From Candidatus Thorarchaeota archaeon (GTDB taxonomy: Archaea; Asgardarchaeota; Thorarchaeia; Thorarchaeales; Thorarchaeaceae), in NCBI GenBank assembly GCA_004524445.1, contig SDNP01000016.1:1-64000 (forward strand): 64,000 nucleotides of DNA, in the 5' to 3' direction. The notes below the pieces were generated by a model. It saw nothing but the letters and a program-made list of their open reading frames with translations. It was not told the DNA's origin and ran no database searches. Of the stretch, positions 20,244-28,881 are shown one piece after another. The first letter of the stretch is position 1. Each line of letters begins with the position of its first letter. The position numbers and the translations under genes are program-made.

Positions 20244-20525
20244 TTGGCGGATAAGAGATCTCTTTCAGACGATGGATGTCTGATACTCTTGCTAATCATT
20301 TGGCTTTCTTTGCCGAGCGGATTCGGAGATGTGAGCCGATATGTCTTTGAACATCCGGTATATTTTCCGCTCTTCATTGTCTTTTACATAGTAGTACCAA
20401 TTGTGTCTTTTGTGGCTTGGTGGTGGGTTGGATATAAGGGCAGACCAGTGAATCCTGGAACAAGGCACCCCTTGCCTACGGATCCAGTCTATGCAGGATA
20501 CAAAGACCATCATCAAAAAGAATAG
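20244..20525 (+). CDS. Small two-TM membrane protein
   Basis: Two hydrophobic stretches; start uncertain (TTG 20244 or GTG 20208). Confidence 0.55.
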   Translation: MADKRSLSDDGCLILLLIIWLSLPSGFGDVSRYVFEHPVYFPLFIVFYIVVPIVSFVAWWWVGYKGRPVNPGTRHPLPTDPVYAGYKDHHQKE

Positions 20526-21115
20526 CTCTTCATTAGTAAAACCATGAATCTCGTCTACTCATTTAGCTAATCTAGCTTATCTCGTACAATGGGCATTAGT
20601 TCATCGACCAAGTCAACGCCATTCATCTTCTCAATGTCCTGAAATAAGAAAGATCTCCATCCTTCCTCTAGAAAGCAGATATAGACTTCGAGTTTTCAAA
20701 CTCGTTGAATTCGTCTTTATGCAAGATTTCAACGGTTTACAATTGCACTCGTAAGAATGACTTGAGTCTATTATCACATGTCAATAGAGTAGGAGGTATT
20801 TTACCTCCTGATGTAAGAGGAACTCAGAATAGGGGACTACTGACGCACAGCATCCCTCTCATCTGACCCATGTCTACTTTGACTTTGCTTTCTCGGGATG
20901 CTTGTCCAGAACATGTCGCTCGAACTCATCGGGGGTATAGAACGTCATGTTACAGGATTTACACTCCCATTTCTTAGTGTCTTTCATTGTTATCAATTAA
21001 CTATAGTTATTTATCCTCTTTAATGTATGTGTATGTGTTATCGAATCGAAACTCAAGTGTCGTCTTTGATTGTATACACTAAATAGCCAAAATCATATTG
21101 ATAGAGCTGAACCAA

Positions 21116-21679
21116 ATGCAAGAACACACCTATCATACACCAATTCAGAAAATAGAATTGAAGAGATTGAGAAGAGAAGGAAAGATACTGGATATAGGTG
21201 GGGGTTCAGAGGCACTTGTTTCCAGGATGGAGGGCAAGAGAGTCTGTGCTGTTGATATCAATATGGTGAAAATTCGTGAAGGACAGATATACAATACACC
21301 AGCCAACTGGGTACTAGCTGATGGAAGGGATCTTTGTTTCAAAGACGCTTCTTTTTCGATTGTCACACTATGGTTTTCATTGGCGTATATCGTAAATGCC
21401 GAATCAAAATGCTTGGTTATGCAGGAGGTCTATAGAGTACTCAAACAAAAGGGAGTGGCGTCGATAATGGGGTGTTTCATTCCTCACAACATTTCCGCAC
21501 TTGCGTTCAATGCTATTTTCGAGTTTCCAGATGCATACTCGAGCAGGATAACATATCGAGTACACGGAGAGCAAAAGCAAACCCTGCAAATCATCGAAAA
21601 ATTTGCCAAACAAGTAGGTCTGAAAACTGAATACTTTGAGGAAAACGATTACTGGTTTCACCTTGTCTGTAGAAAATAG
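21116..21679 (+). CDS. Class I SAM-dependent methyltransferase
   Basis: ILDIGGG, AVDI, F.DASF, EVYRVLK..G. Confidence 0.85.
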   Translation: MQEHTYHTPIQKIELKRLRREGKILDIGGGSEALVSRMEGKRVCAVDINMVKIREGQIYNTPANWVLADGRDLCFKDASFSIVTLWFSLAYIVNAESKCLVMQEVYRVLKQKGVASIMGCFIPHNISALAFNAIFEFPDAYSSRITYRVHGEQKQTLQIIEKFAKQVGLKTEYFEENDYWFHLVCRK

Positions 21680-21765
21680 AACTAACTCGATAGTATTCAC
21701 TTGTTCCAAAAGGTTAAAGAGAGTTCCCAATTTCTGAGCAAATCGTCTTTGGCAGGTAGAGAAAC

Positions 21766-22284
21766 ATGAGCCTCGCAGTTTGGTGGAAACGTGGAAGCAA
21801 ACCGGGACTAATCTTGATATTCCTCGGTATTGCTGGATTCGTTCAAATTCCTTTGATGTGGCATGCAGCCACGTATGTGAAAGTACTCAGTGCAGAACTT
21901 CAGTTGATTGTCGCATTGGGTGCAATGGCAGTGCTGGGAGGAGCCTATGTGATTATGGGCGAGGCTATGTACAGATGGGCATATATTCTGTCGAAAAGAA
22001 AAGTCAGAAAGCGCCAGAGAGCCGAATACGGAATAATCGCAAAAATGTCCGAATTCATCCGGTCAAAGCAGGACCTTCCTCCCTTCTTCGGTGCGGGATT
22101 GATAACTGCAATCTTTTTCATGTTTTACTTTGTGCCCTTTGGGATAGCTGAGTCGAATATCCTTCCATCCGTCTTAGCAACATTATCCTTCCTTGACTCT
22201 CTCTTGGTTTACCCTATTGCAGTGAATGCCGCAGCCATTCTAGCGGCGATTGTGGCAAGCTACATGAATTACAAAATACGCTGA
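21766..22284 (+). CDS. Hypothetical multi-TM membrane protein
   Basis: Four hydrophobic segments; TATA-like GTTAAA upstream. Confidence 0.75.
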   Translation: MSLAVWWKRGSKPGLILIFLGIAGFVQIPLMWHAATYVKVLSAELQLIVALGAMAVLGGAYVIMGEAMYRWAYILSKRKVRKRQRAEYGIIAKMSEFIRSKQDLPPFFGAGLITAIFFMFYFVPFGIAESNILPSVLATLSFLDSLLVYPIAVNAAAILAAIVASYMNYKIR

Positions 22285-22358
22285 GCGTTCTCATCTTGGC
22301 ATGAATACACATCAAGCCTTAATAGGCCACTAGTTATTAACTATATTGAAGTGTAATT

Positions 22359-22847
22359 ATGTCTAAGAAAATAAAAGTTGGCGACAAAGCACCAGACTTT
22401 ACGCTCCTGAGAGAGTGGACTGGAGAGCCTGGCGAAAGCGTCACATTATCCGATAAGCTAGAAGAAGGACCTGTAGTACTGGCATTTTATCCTGCAGACT
22501 TCTCTACCCCCTGCCGCACTGAGCTAAAGACATTCAGGGATTCTATGGAAGAATACAAAAAAATGGGCGTAAATGTGCTGGCAATATCCGTTGACGGGAT
22601 TTTCAGTCATGCCGCCTTCAAGGAGCAAAACAATTTCCAATTCCCGCTTCTCTCGGATTGGCAAAAGGAAGTGATTGAGGAATATGGAGTTGTCTGGGAA
22701 GACCTCGCGGGAATGAAGAATGTCGCAAACAGAGCTGTGTTCGTTATTGATACCGATGGAAAGGTGACATACACATGGCGGAGCGAAGACCCCACTAATA
22801 TGCCACCATTTGACGACGTAAAAAAAGCGGTCAAGAAGTTACAGTAA
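22359..22847 (+). CDS. Peroxiredoxin (AhpC/TSA, 1-Cys)
   Basis: VGDKAPDF, FYPADFSTPC..E, ISVD, FPLLSD, RAVFVID. Confidence 0.93.
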   Translation: MSKKIKVGDKAPDFTLLREWTGEPGESVTLSDKLEEGPVVLAFYPADFSTPCRTELKTFRDSMEEYKKMGVNVLAISVDGIFSHAAFKEQNNFQFPLLSDWQKEVIEEYGVVWEDLAGMKNVANRAVFVIDTDGKVTYTWRSEDPTNMPPFDDVKKAVKKLQ

Positions 22848-22903
22848 GCTCTTTTGCCACTATCTTTATATCAGCGTACAATACAGACCGCCTGTTTACA
22901 AGT

Positions 22904-23000
22904 GCCGAGGTAGATCAGCCAGGGAGATCGCGCGGCTGAAGGATTCTTTTAGAATGCAGACACCGCGTTGTCGATGGTTCAAATCCGTCCCTCGGCACCA
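22904..23000 (+). tRNA. tRNA-Phe(GAA) with 20-nt intron at 37/38 (22942-22961)
   Basis: Cloverleaf, anticodon 22938-40, encoded CCA. Confidence 0.95.
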
Positions 23001-23027
23001 TCTCATTTCTTATCCCCTGATATACAA

Positions 23028-23858
23028 TCAGAAACCGTTTGTTCGGTCATAGCTTGCGATTTGAATAGCCTGATTTTCGCAATGGTTTGCACAGATACCA
23101 CAACCATAGCATGCCTCCTGATTGATTTGCGCTACGTTGTCATCAACATCCATTTCAATTGCATCAAATGGACACAAATCCCTGCACCTTCCACATCCGA
23201 CACACAGAGATTCGAAAACAAAGGCAGCTTCATGACCTTTATAGAATGGAGATTTGATTCCAAGTCTTCTTCGTTCAATGTATGGACGGCACACTTCCAT
23301 GTCACAGTTACAAAGCATTCCTAGATAGGGGACACCAAGAGCAGATATTGAATGAACAATAGTATCCGTTTGAACCCAATTATTGATAGTGCATATCGCT
23401 TCTTGAGCGGATACGTATCGATGTCTACCTCCCAAGTACTTGGGGAATCTTCGTGTGTAGATGTCAGTAAATGCTATAGCAAAACAACTGACGGCTTGGT
23501 CACTTCCATAGGATGCATGACGACAGATACAAGGCAGTTTCACCACTGCACGTTCGTGTTCATCTGTTTGCAGATTGGCGTCTTTCAATAGCTGAATTGC
23601 GTCATCAGATGTTACCACTTGATGGTGCAGGTAGTTTCGATAATATGTGTCAACTTTCTCTTGTTCTCCTTGCATGACGGGTCTTGAAATTCGTTCCACC
23701 AGACTGTCATATCCGTCAGGTCCGGCATGAATATCGCGAGAAAAGTATGACTCGCAAAAATCACGAACGTGATTGCTTGTTGCTAATTCCTTGGATATGT
23801 TCCTAGCATTTTCATACCATCTCTTTCCTGATCCATGTCGCAGGCAGTAGTCGCACAT
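23028..23858 (-). CDS. 4Fe-4S dicluster domain protein
   Basis: CVGCGRCRDLCP and CYGCGICANHC; additional MCDYC, CICR and LCNC cysteines. Confidence 0.88.
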   Translation of the reverse strand: MCDYCLRHGSGKRWYENARNISKELATSNHVRDFCESYFSRDIHAGPDGYDSLVERISRPVMQGEQEKVDTYYRNYLHHQVVTSDDAIQLLKDANLQTDEHERAVVKLPCICRHASYGSDQAVSCFAIAFTDIYTRRFPKYLGGRHRYVSAQEAICTINNWVQTDTIVHSISALGVPYLGMLCNCDMEVCRPYIERRRLGIKSPFYKGHEAAFVFESLCVGCGRCRDLCPFDAIEMDVDDNVAQINQEACYGCGICANHCENQAIQIASYDRTNGF

Positions 23859-24042
23859 TCTACCACTTCAAAGGATTATGGACATTTATTTTCATAAATA
23901 TGAGTGACTAAGCATGGAATCAGAGTCTGTTTCAAAAGTGAATTCATGTCGAAATTGTATGGAAATTCGATTTCTTATTCAGAAAGCTATAACTTGATGA
24001 GGACCATTTGCAATATTGAGTTCACATGGAGTCATGTCCACG

Positions 24043-24495
24043 ATGTCAAGAGACCCAGCTAAACGTCTTGTTGTTAAGGTCAAACGCCTCTCAGAAGATG
24101 CCAAAATTCCGCAAACTGCAAACAAGGGCGATGTGGCATTTGATTTGTATGCCTTGGAGGGATATGTACTCCGGCCGAATGAAAGATTCGCAGTCCAAAC
24201 GGGGATTGCCCTCGAGATTCCACCAGGTTATGAGGGGCAGGTGAGGCCTCGTAGTGGACTCGCGCTGCATGAAGGCGTTTCGATTCTAAACAGCCCAGGC
24301 ACCATCGACAGTGGATATCGTGGTGAAGTTAAGGTGATAGTGATCAATCTCTCATCGGAAGAATTCGCCATTAAGGAGGGAATGCGAATAGCTCAGTTAG
24401 CGATACGGGAAGTGCCTGATATCGTCTTCGCAGAGGTGGATGAGTTGTCGGATACAGAGAGAGGAGAGGGCGGGTTTGGTAGTTCAGGAAAATAA
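24043..24495 (+). CDS. dut: Trimeric dUTP diphosphatase
   Basis: AFDL, RPRSGLA, PGTIDSGYRGE, RIAQL, RGEGGFGSSG. Confidence 0.96.
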   Translation: MSRDPAKRLVVKVKRLSEDAKIPQTANKGDVAFDLYALEGYVLRPNERFAVQTGIALEIPPGYEGQVRPRSGLALHEGVSILNSPGTIDSGYRGEVKVIVINLSSEEFAIKEGMRIAQLAIREVPDIVFAEVDELSDTERGEGGFGSSGK

Positions 24496-24503
24496 GATGT
24501 GGT

Positions 24504-24821
24504 TCAGGAGTCGGCTTGCATTTTTAGAATAGCATCAATGAGGCATTCAAGAAGCGGACCATTTGATACAAGTATGGGCGTGAGATAACTTGTTCCTGAT
24601 TGCAGCCCTATGATTTTCCCATTTCTCTTGCAGACTATCAGCAAGGCAGCTATAGCATGACGGCTCCATCCAGTCACATCAATAATTTGGGGCAGAGGTT
24701 TCAGCTCAAGAAACTGCTCAAAAGAAACACAAGTATCCTTAGTGATTGTTTTGCCAAGGAGTTCGATACGTATTTTCAACTGGATTTGTTCCGACTCTAG
24801 AAATGGAGGTAGTTGCTCCAT
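24504..24821 (-). CDS. Hypothetical protein
   Basis: ORF from ATG 24821 with AGGA upstream; no recognised motif. Confidence 0.5.
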   Translation of the reverse strand: MEQLPPFLESEQIQLKIRIELLGKTITKDTCVSFEQFLELKPLPQIIDVTGWSRHAIAALLIVCKRNGKIIGLQSGTSYLTPILVSNGPLLECLIDAILKMQADS

Positions 24822-24856
24822 CTGGTAACATCCTGTAAATGAACTGATTCGCGGAC

Positions 24857-25069
24857 TCAGATTGTCCTGTATTGTGCAGGCCCACAACGCTCAGCCAGGT
24901 CTTTCGGTCTCCAATACACTGCTATGTTGTCATCATTGTCAATGGTCAAGTGTATGAAGTTGTCCTCTCTCATCTCCTGCGCTTTCCTTATGCCCTCATG
25001 TTTGTCCGAGTAGGTTCCTAGGAGCCGGTAGACTCTGCCTGCAATCAATAGCCACTTCTTTTCCTTCAT
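24857..25069 (-). CDS. Small hypothetical protein
   Basis: 70-aa ATG ORF with plausible composition. Confidence 0.55.
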   Translation of the reverse strand: MKEKKWLLIAGRVYRLLGTYSDKHEGIRKAQEMREDNFIHLTIDNDDNIAVYWRPKDLAERCGPAQYRTI

Positions 25070-25159
25070 GAGATAAGGTCTGCATTGTCCCTAATAATCT
25101 CGTAAAGTCTGAGCTGTCGCAATCTTTTTAATCGCTTCAAGGGGCTCATCTATCCAACA

Positions 25160-25297
25160 GGGCCGATAGTCTAGCCCGGCTATGATACCGCATTGACACA
25201 TTCCCTTGAATGCCAAGGGGTTTCAAATGTGCGGTGGAGCTTGATGGATTTCCCATCAGGCGCCGAATCGCTGGTTCAAATCCGGCTCGGCCCACCA
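25160..25297 (+). tRNA. tRNA-Val(GAC) with two 30-nt introns (25199-25228 at 37/38; 25238-25267 at 46/47)
   Basis: Removing both BHB-defined introns gives a standard cloverleaf with variable loop UGGUC; encoded CCA. Confidence 0.9.
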
Positions 25298-25319
25298 TTA
25301 GTTTTGGTTAGAGAATCAG

Positions 25320-25712
25320 TCAATTTGTAACAAAATTATGCTGCACAAGCATTCCAGTAAACTCGTTTGCTAGATTCTCACTCAGAGTTTGTTGTGAAGG
25401 CGCAATCTGTGCAGCGTAATTTTCTAGGAACAAATCGGCGATGCTCTTCAGCTTTTCTTCATTGGATTCTCTATTACCGTTGTCCACCACGACAGCAAAT
25501 AGGAGTTCGTTGGCTGAATGAATGAGTAAGCATATTTCACCGAGTTTAATCTCGTTTACGTCGTGTGGAGAGAGCATTTTACCAAAACTATGAACTGCAC
25601 TAATCAAACTGCTGTATGCAAGAGATTGCTCATCTACTGGATGCGTACCAAACCGTTGAGAATAAATCGCCTGTCCTTCCGAGTCGGCTACTATTACTTC
25701 CTTAATCGTCAT
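25320..25712 (-). CDS. Stand-alone longin-domain protein (eukaryotic signature protein)
   Basis: IKEVIVADSEGQAIYSQRF / SSLISAVHSF / EIKLG..LLI...ELLFAVVVD / LKSIADLF..Y matches the longin beta-beta-alpha-beta-beta-beta-alpha-alpha pattern. Confidence 0.75.
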   Translation of the reverse strand: MTIKEVIVADSEGQAIYSQRFGTHPVDEQSLAYSSLISAVHSFGKMLSPHDVNEIKLGEICLLIHSANELLFAVVVDNGNRESNEEKLKSIADLFLENYAAQIAPSQQTLSENLANEFTGMLVQHNFVTN

Positions 25713-25750
25713 TTTTCAGGCATCCTCTAGAAATCGCAATCAAGAAGGAA

Positions 25751-26272
25751 TCACATGTACATTCCTGCCCTCATGGGATATTTCCTTCTAAAGATATCTT
25801 GGGCATTTTTGTCGAGTGTCAATTCCGCTTTCTTAATAGCCGGGCCAAGGGATGATAGTTCTGGACGAGTCAGTACTGGGCCACTAAGAAACTGTTTGGC
25901 ACGGTTCTTTTTTGCTTCAGATGGAGATAGCGGATCACGCTCAAGCAGGGCACGAATGCTTTGCTTTGCCTTCTCAGCATCACCGACTGCATTTGCTAGA
26001 CCTTCCATATCGGACTTCATGAGCGGTCGAAGCCCAAATTCTGGTGAACTCGTTAGATAATCAAGAGAGTCATCTCTCTCAGGGAGTTCCATCCCGGCGC
26101 CTGTGAACTTCTGTGGACCAAGTGAGATCAGCTTCAATTGAAAAGATGATTCTGGCCCTAAGAAGATCATACCGCCTGTTGGTGTGGATAGAATTCGCCA
26201 TCCTCTGGGCGAATCGCTATATTTGTCCATGATTTTCGGAACTATCTGCTCAGCCGGTTCGATTTCAGTCAA
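25751..26272 (-). CDS. Hypothetical archaeal protein
   Basis: 173-aa ORF (PRGWRI...FQLK...FGLRP); no function recognised. Confidence 0.7.
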   Translation of the reverse strand: MTEIEPAEQIVPKIMDKYSDSPRGWRILSTPTGGMIFLGPESSFQLKLISLGPQKFTGAGMELPERDDSLDYLTSSPEFGLRPLMKSDMEGLANAVGDAEKAKQSIRALLERDPLSPSEAKKNRAKQFLSGPVLTRPELSSLGPAIKKAELTLDKNAQDIFRRKYPMRAGMYM

Positions 26273-26406
26273 TGTGTTTCACAGCTATCTCTGAAGGCTT
26301 GGCTCATTAGATTATTGGTATCGAAATAGAGGAGCATATCGATTCATGGGGAAAATAATAACAAACTATCTTATGAGTGGGACCTGTTTCCAAGTTTAGT
26401 TCTAAT

Positions 26407-26796
26407 TCATGGTCTTGCCACGAGAGCCTCGCCCATTTTTGAACCGGTATCAATTGTTCCACGAATGAGGTTGCATTTTGCCTTCAAGTCCGAAAGAATC
26501 GCTGAGATCCGATCATCTGTCTGTTGTGTCTGATCTTGCCAGTCTTCTGCTGAGGCATCAAAGTCCGAGTAGTCTATCATATAAGTGAAAGTCAATGGAA
26601 TATTGTCCAATTTAACTCCAATAGCAGACAAAATTACTCTCCTGAGCCGTTTCTTGTCGCTCTTAAAGGGACTTTGAAAGTATTCTGTGCTGTATGTGAC
26701 TACAGCCGCACTCTTGGCAAATTCCTCGAAGTCTTCATAACATTCCAGCGATACAGGCGGAACGAATGCGCATTTTGTATCTATCAATTTCTTCAC
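26407..26796 (-). CDS. Hypothetical protein downstream of a structured leader
   Basis: GTG at 26796 preceded by AGGAG; in frame with the listed ORF. Confidence 0.7.
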   Translation of the reverse strand: MKKLIDTKCAFVPPVSLECYEDFEEFAKSAAVVTYSTEYFQSPFKSDKKRLRRVILSAIGVKLDNIPLTFTYMIDYSDFDASAEDWQDQTQQTDDRISAILSDLKAKCNLIRGTIDTGSKMGEALVARP

Positions 26797-26800
26797 CGAT

Positions 26801-26921
26801 TTGCTCCTATTAGCATCCCCGCACACACCCCATCGCTTCCGATGGAGCAAGATAGCGGGTATAGCCTCTGGCAGGCCTCCCGGCCAACGCCACTACTAGT
26901 ATATACACTACTATATATAAA
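26801..26921 (-). promoter_or_regulatory. TATA promoter plus four-way-junction 5' leader containing an anti-SD segment
   Basis: TTTATATA 26921-14; helices with G:U pairs valid only on the minus strand; UUGCUCC (26850-44) complementary to GGAGCAA (26807-01). Confidence 0.55.
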
Positions 26922-27022
26922 TATATCTATATTATTATTCTAATAGATATTTGTCTGTATAAAATCAGTTGGAACACATGTTCTAATGGAAAAGGGGAAA
27001 AATCCTTCACAAACTGGGTATG

Positions 27023-27484
27023 TTAGAATGTTTCACATACTCGGCGGATCTTCCTAATCTGACCCATTTTTCTGTAGGCAAAATACTCGAACAGCCGACT
27101 GATTATTTCGGATTTCGCTCTTGCAGCAATTGACAAAAAAAAGGTATAACCTTTCACTTCATTCTTGAGAGCCTGATTACAGACATAAATTCGGGGGTCC
27201 GTTTCTTCACGTGAGAGGTCGAAGGGCATTTCATCGGGGAGGTCTTCGGGTTTGTAGGTCTGGGACAGTTCCTCTAATTCCTCAGTGATGCCCGTTGCCA
27301 GCATATCCCGAATGCGGTCCATGAGCTCTGCCTCCTCGTCCGCCAACACCATCAGCAGGGCCTTGACCTTTGGAGTTTCAGCCCCCATGGCAGCTTTGTG
27401 ATAGTACTGGTAATGATTTGCAGCCGTGGTAAGGGCTAGTCTGAGCATTGCTTTGATATCTTTCTGTCTATTGCTCATAGCCAT
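27023..27484 (-). CDS. Ferritin/rubrerythrin-like four-helix protein lacking ExxH ligands
   Basis: Duplicated AL..E...Y.FY...A.......LF..LA helix pattern. Confidence 0.7.
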   Translation of the reverse strand: MAMSNRQKDIKAMLRLALTTAANHYQYYHKAAMGAETPKVKALLMVLADEEAELMDRIRDMLATGITEELEELSQTYKPEDLPDEMPFDLSREETDPRIYVCNQALKNEVKGYTFFLSIAARAKSEIISRLFEYFAYRKMGQIRKIRRVCETF

Positions 27485-27548
27485 TCGATAATGATATGGA
27501 TTGCTGATAGAAAGGGGTTTCTATGATTGTTGTTCCCATAGTATGCGG

Positions 27549-28004
27549 CTAGAGGCTATCAAACACATTTCGAATCCAATCAATGCGTTGTCCCTTGAGA
27601 CCAGCATAGGATCGAAACATCAGTCTAATACCCTTCTTGGGAGCCCTTTCAGCCAATTCCTTGAATAGTTTATAAGACTCGTATTCAATCTCTAATGCTT
27701 CATTGACTGCAGTAATGCTCTCGTCTTCTTCCGCACGCCGAGGGTCGAATGGTGTCACATTTGGTTCATCATCTAGGTATTTCAGGACCTCTTCATCCGC
27801 TACGGGCTCGAGGTTCCCTGAAGCGAGCATCAATTCGATATTATCTACGACATCTCCTTGAGACTCCACTAAGTAAGCAAAAAGGTTCTTGACAGTAGGG
27901 TTCTCCAGATTACGCACTCCATCATAATAGAATTGGAAATAATTGAGCTCCTTCACCAAGGCCTCGTTTAGCAAATTCTCTAAGGAGTTCCGCTTATTTG
28001 ACAT
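27549..28004 (-). CDS. Ferritin/rubrerythrin-like four-helix protein lacking ExxH ligands (paralog)
   Basis: ALVKELNYFQFY / ALEIEYESYKLF; shares PFD linker with the neighbour; ATG 28004. Confidence 0.7.
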   Translation of the reverse strand: MSNKRNSLENLLNEALVKELNYFQFYYDGVRNLENPTVKNLFAYLVESQGDVVDNIELMLASGNLEPVADEEVLKYLDDEPNVTPFDPRRAEEDESITAVNEALEIEYESYKLFKELAERAPKKGIRLMFRSYAGLKGQRIDWIRNVFDSL

Positions 28005-28074
28005 AAAACCACCCGAAACCGTTTGGTCATAATGAGGTGGACTGAATAAGTACTTTCGCTCAGCGCAAAAAAAG

Positions 28075-28803
28075 CTATTTCCCATTCTGAAACGCGCTGG
28101 GGTTGGCGAGATAGCTCTGGATGAGAGTAAATTCGTCATCGGCCATCATTTCTCGCATCAGAGGCAATCCGGCATCAACAAAATCGATGAGTACATGCAG
28201 GTTCATACCCTCTGTTTCAGCACGCTCTCTTGCACCTTGCTGACGGTCAATCACAACAGCAATATTATCGCATTTCACATCTTTTATGCCCCGATTCTCT
28301 ACCTCTGCCATGACTTGGGCTCTCGCAACTAGCTTACTCTCCATTCCAGTGACAAGGTCGTCGACCAGACACAATATATCACCATCCTCGATGACGCCTT
28401 CAACAAGTCTATGCTGACCGTATTCTGCAAGTGCTTCTTTCAACTCGCCAGGCGTCTTCACCCCCGCGATTTTTCTCGTATGGATTGCTGGAATATCTGA
28501 TTCCAGAGAAATAGCAGTAGCAATGGGAATACCTGCGAAAGCGATGCCAACCAACTTGGTCACATCGGGAGCCTCATTCTTCAGAAATTCAGACATGGCT
28601 CGACCTACTCGGCGTAAGGTCCGGGGGAAGGAGCTAATCAGACGCAACTGTATATAGAAGGGACTCCACAGCCCTGAAACAAGGTTCCACCCCTCTGCAC
28701 GGTCCCTTGCAGAAGTGAGAAGCATTCGTTTCTCATAGATATCCTGCATAATCTGCCGTTTCAGGTCCAAAAGATCCAATTGGCTAGACATTGTCTTAGT
28801 CAT
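28075..28803 (-). CDS. pyrE: Orotate phosphoribosyltransferase-like protein
   Basis: LVSGLWSPFYI, GIAFAGIPIA, LVDDLVTG, VVIDRQQG. Confidence 0.8.
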   Translation of the reverse strand: MTKTMSSQLDLLDLKRQIMQDIYEKRMLLTSARDRAEGWNLVSGLWSPFYIQLRLISSFPRTLRRVGRAMSEFLKNEAPDVTKLVGIAFAGIPIATAISLESDIPAIHTRKIAGVKTPGELKEALAEYGQHRLVEGVIEDGDILCLVDDLVTGMESKLVARAQVMAEVENRGIKDVKCDNIAVVIDRQQGARERAETEGMNLHVLIDFVDAGLPLMREMMADDEFTLIQSYLANPSAFQNGK

Positions 28804-28881
28804 GAATTAATATCAAGACGACATTCTTAACTCTGTCTGCAAAGGAAGGATTATGGGTCTTGTTCCGGGTGGAATGAGTAT

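Noticed and set aside
25160-25297. tRNA-Sec or another long-variable-arm tRNA
   Set aside because: Anticodon is GAC with a 7-bp acceptor stem; the extra arm is precisely removable through a BHB motif
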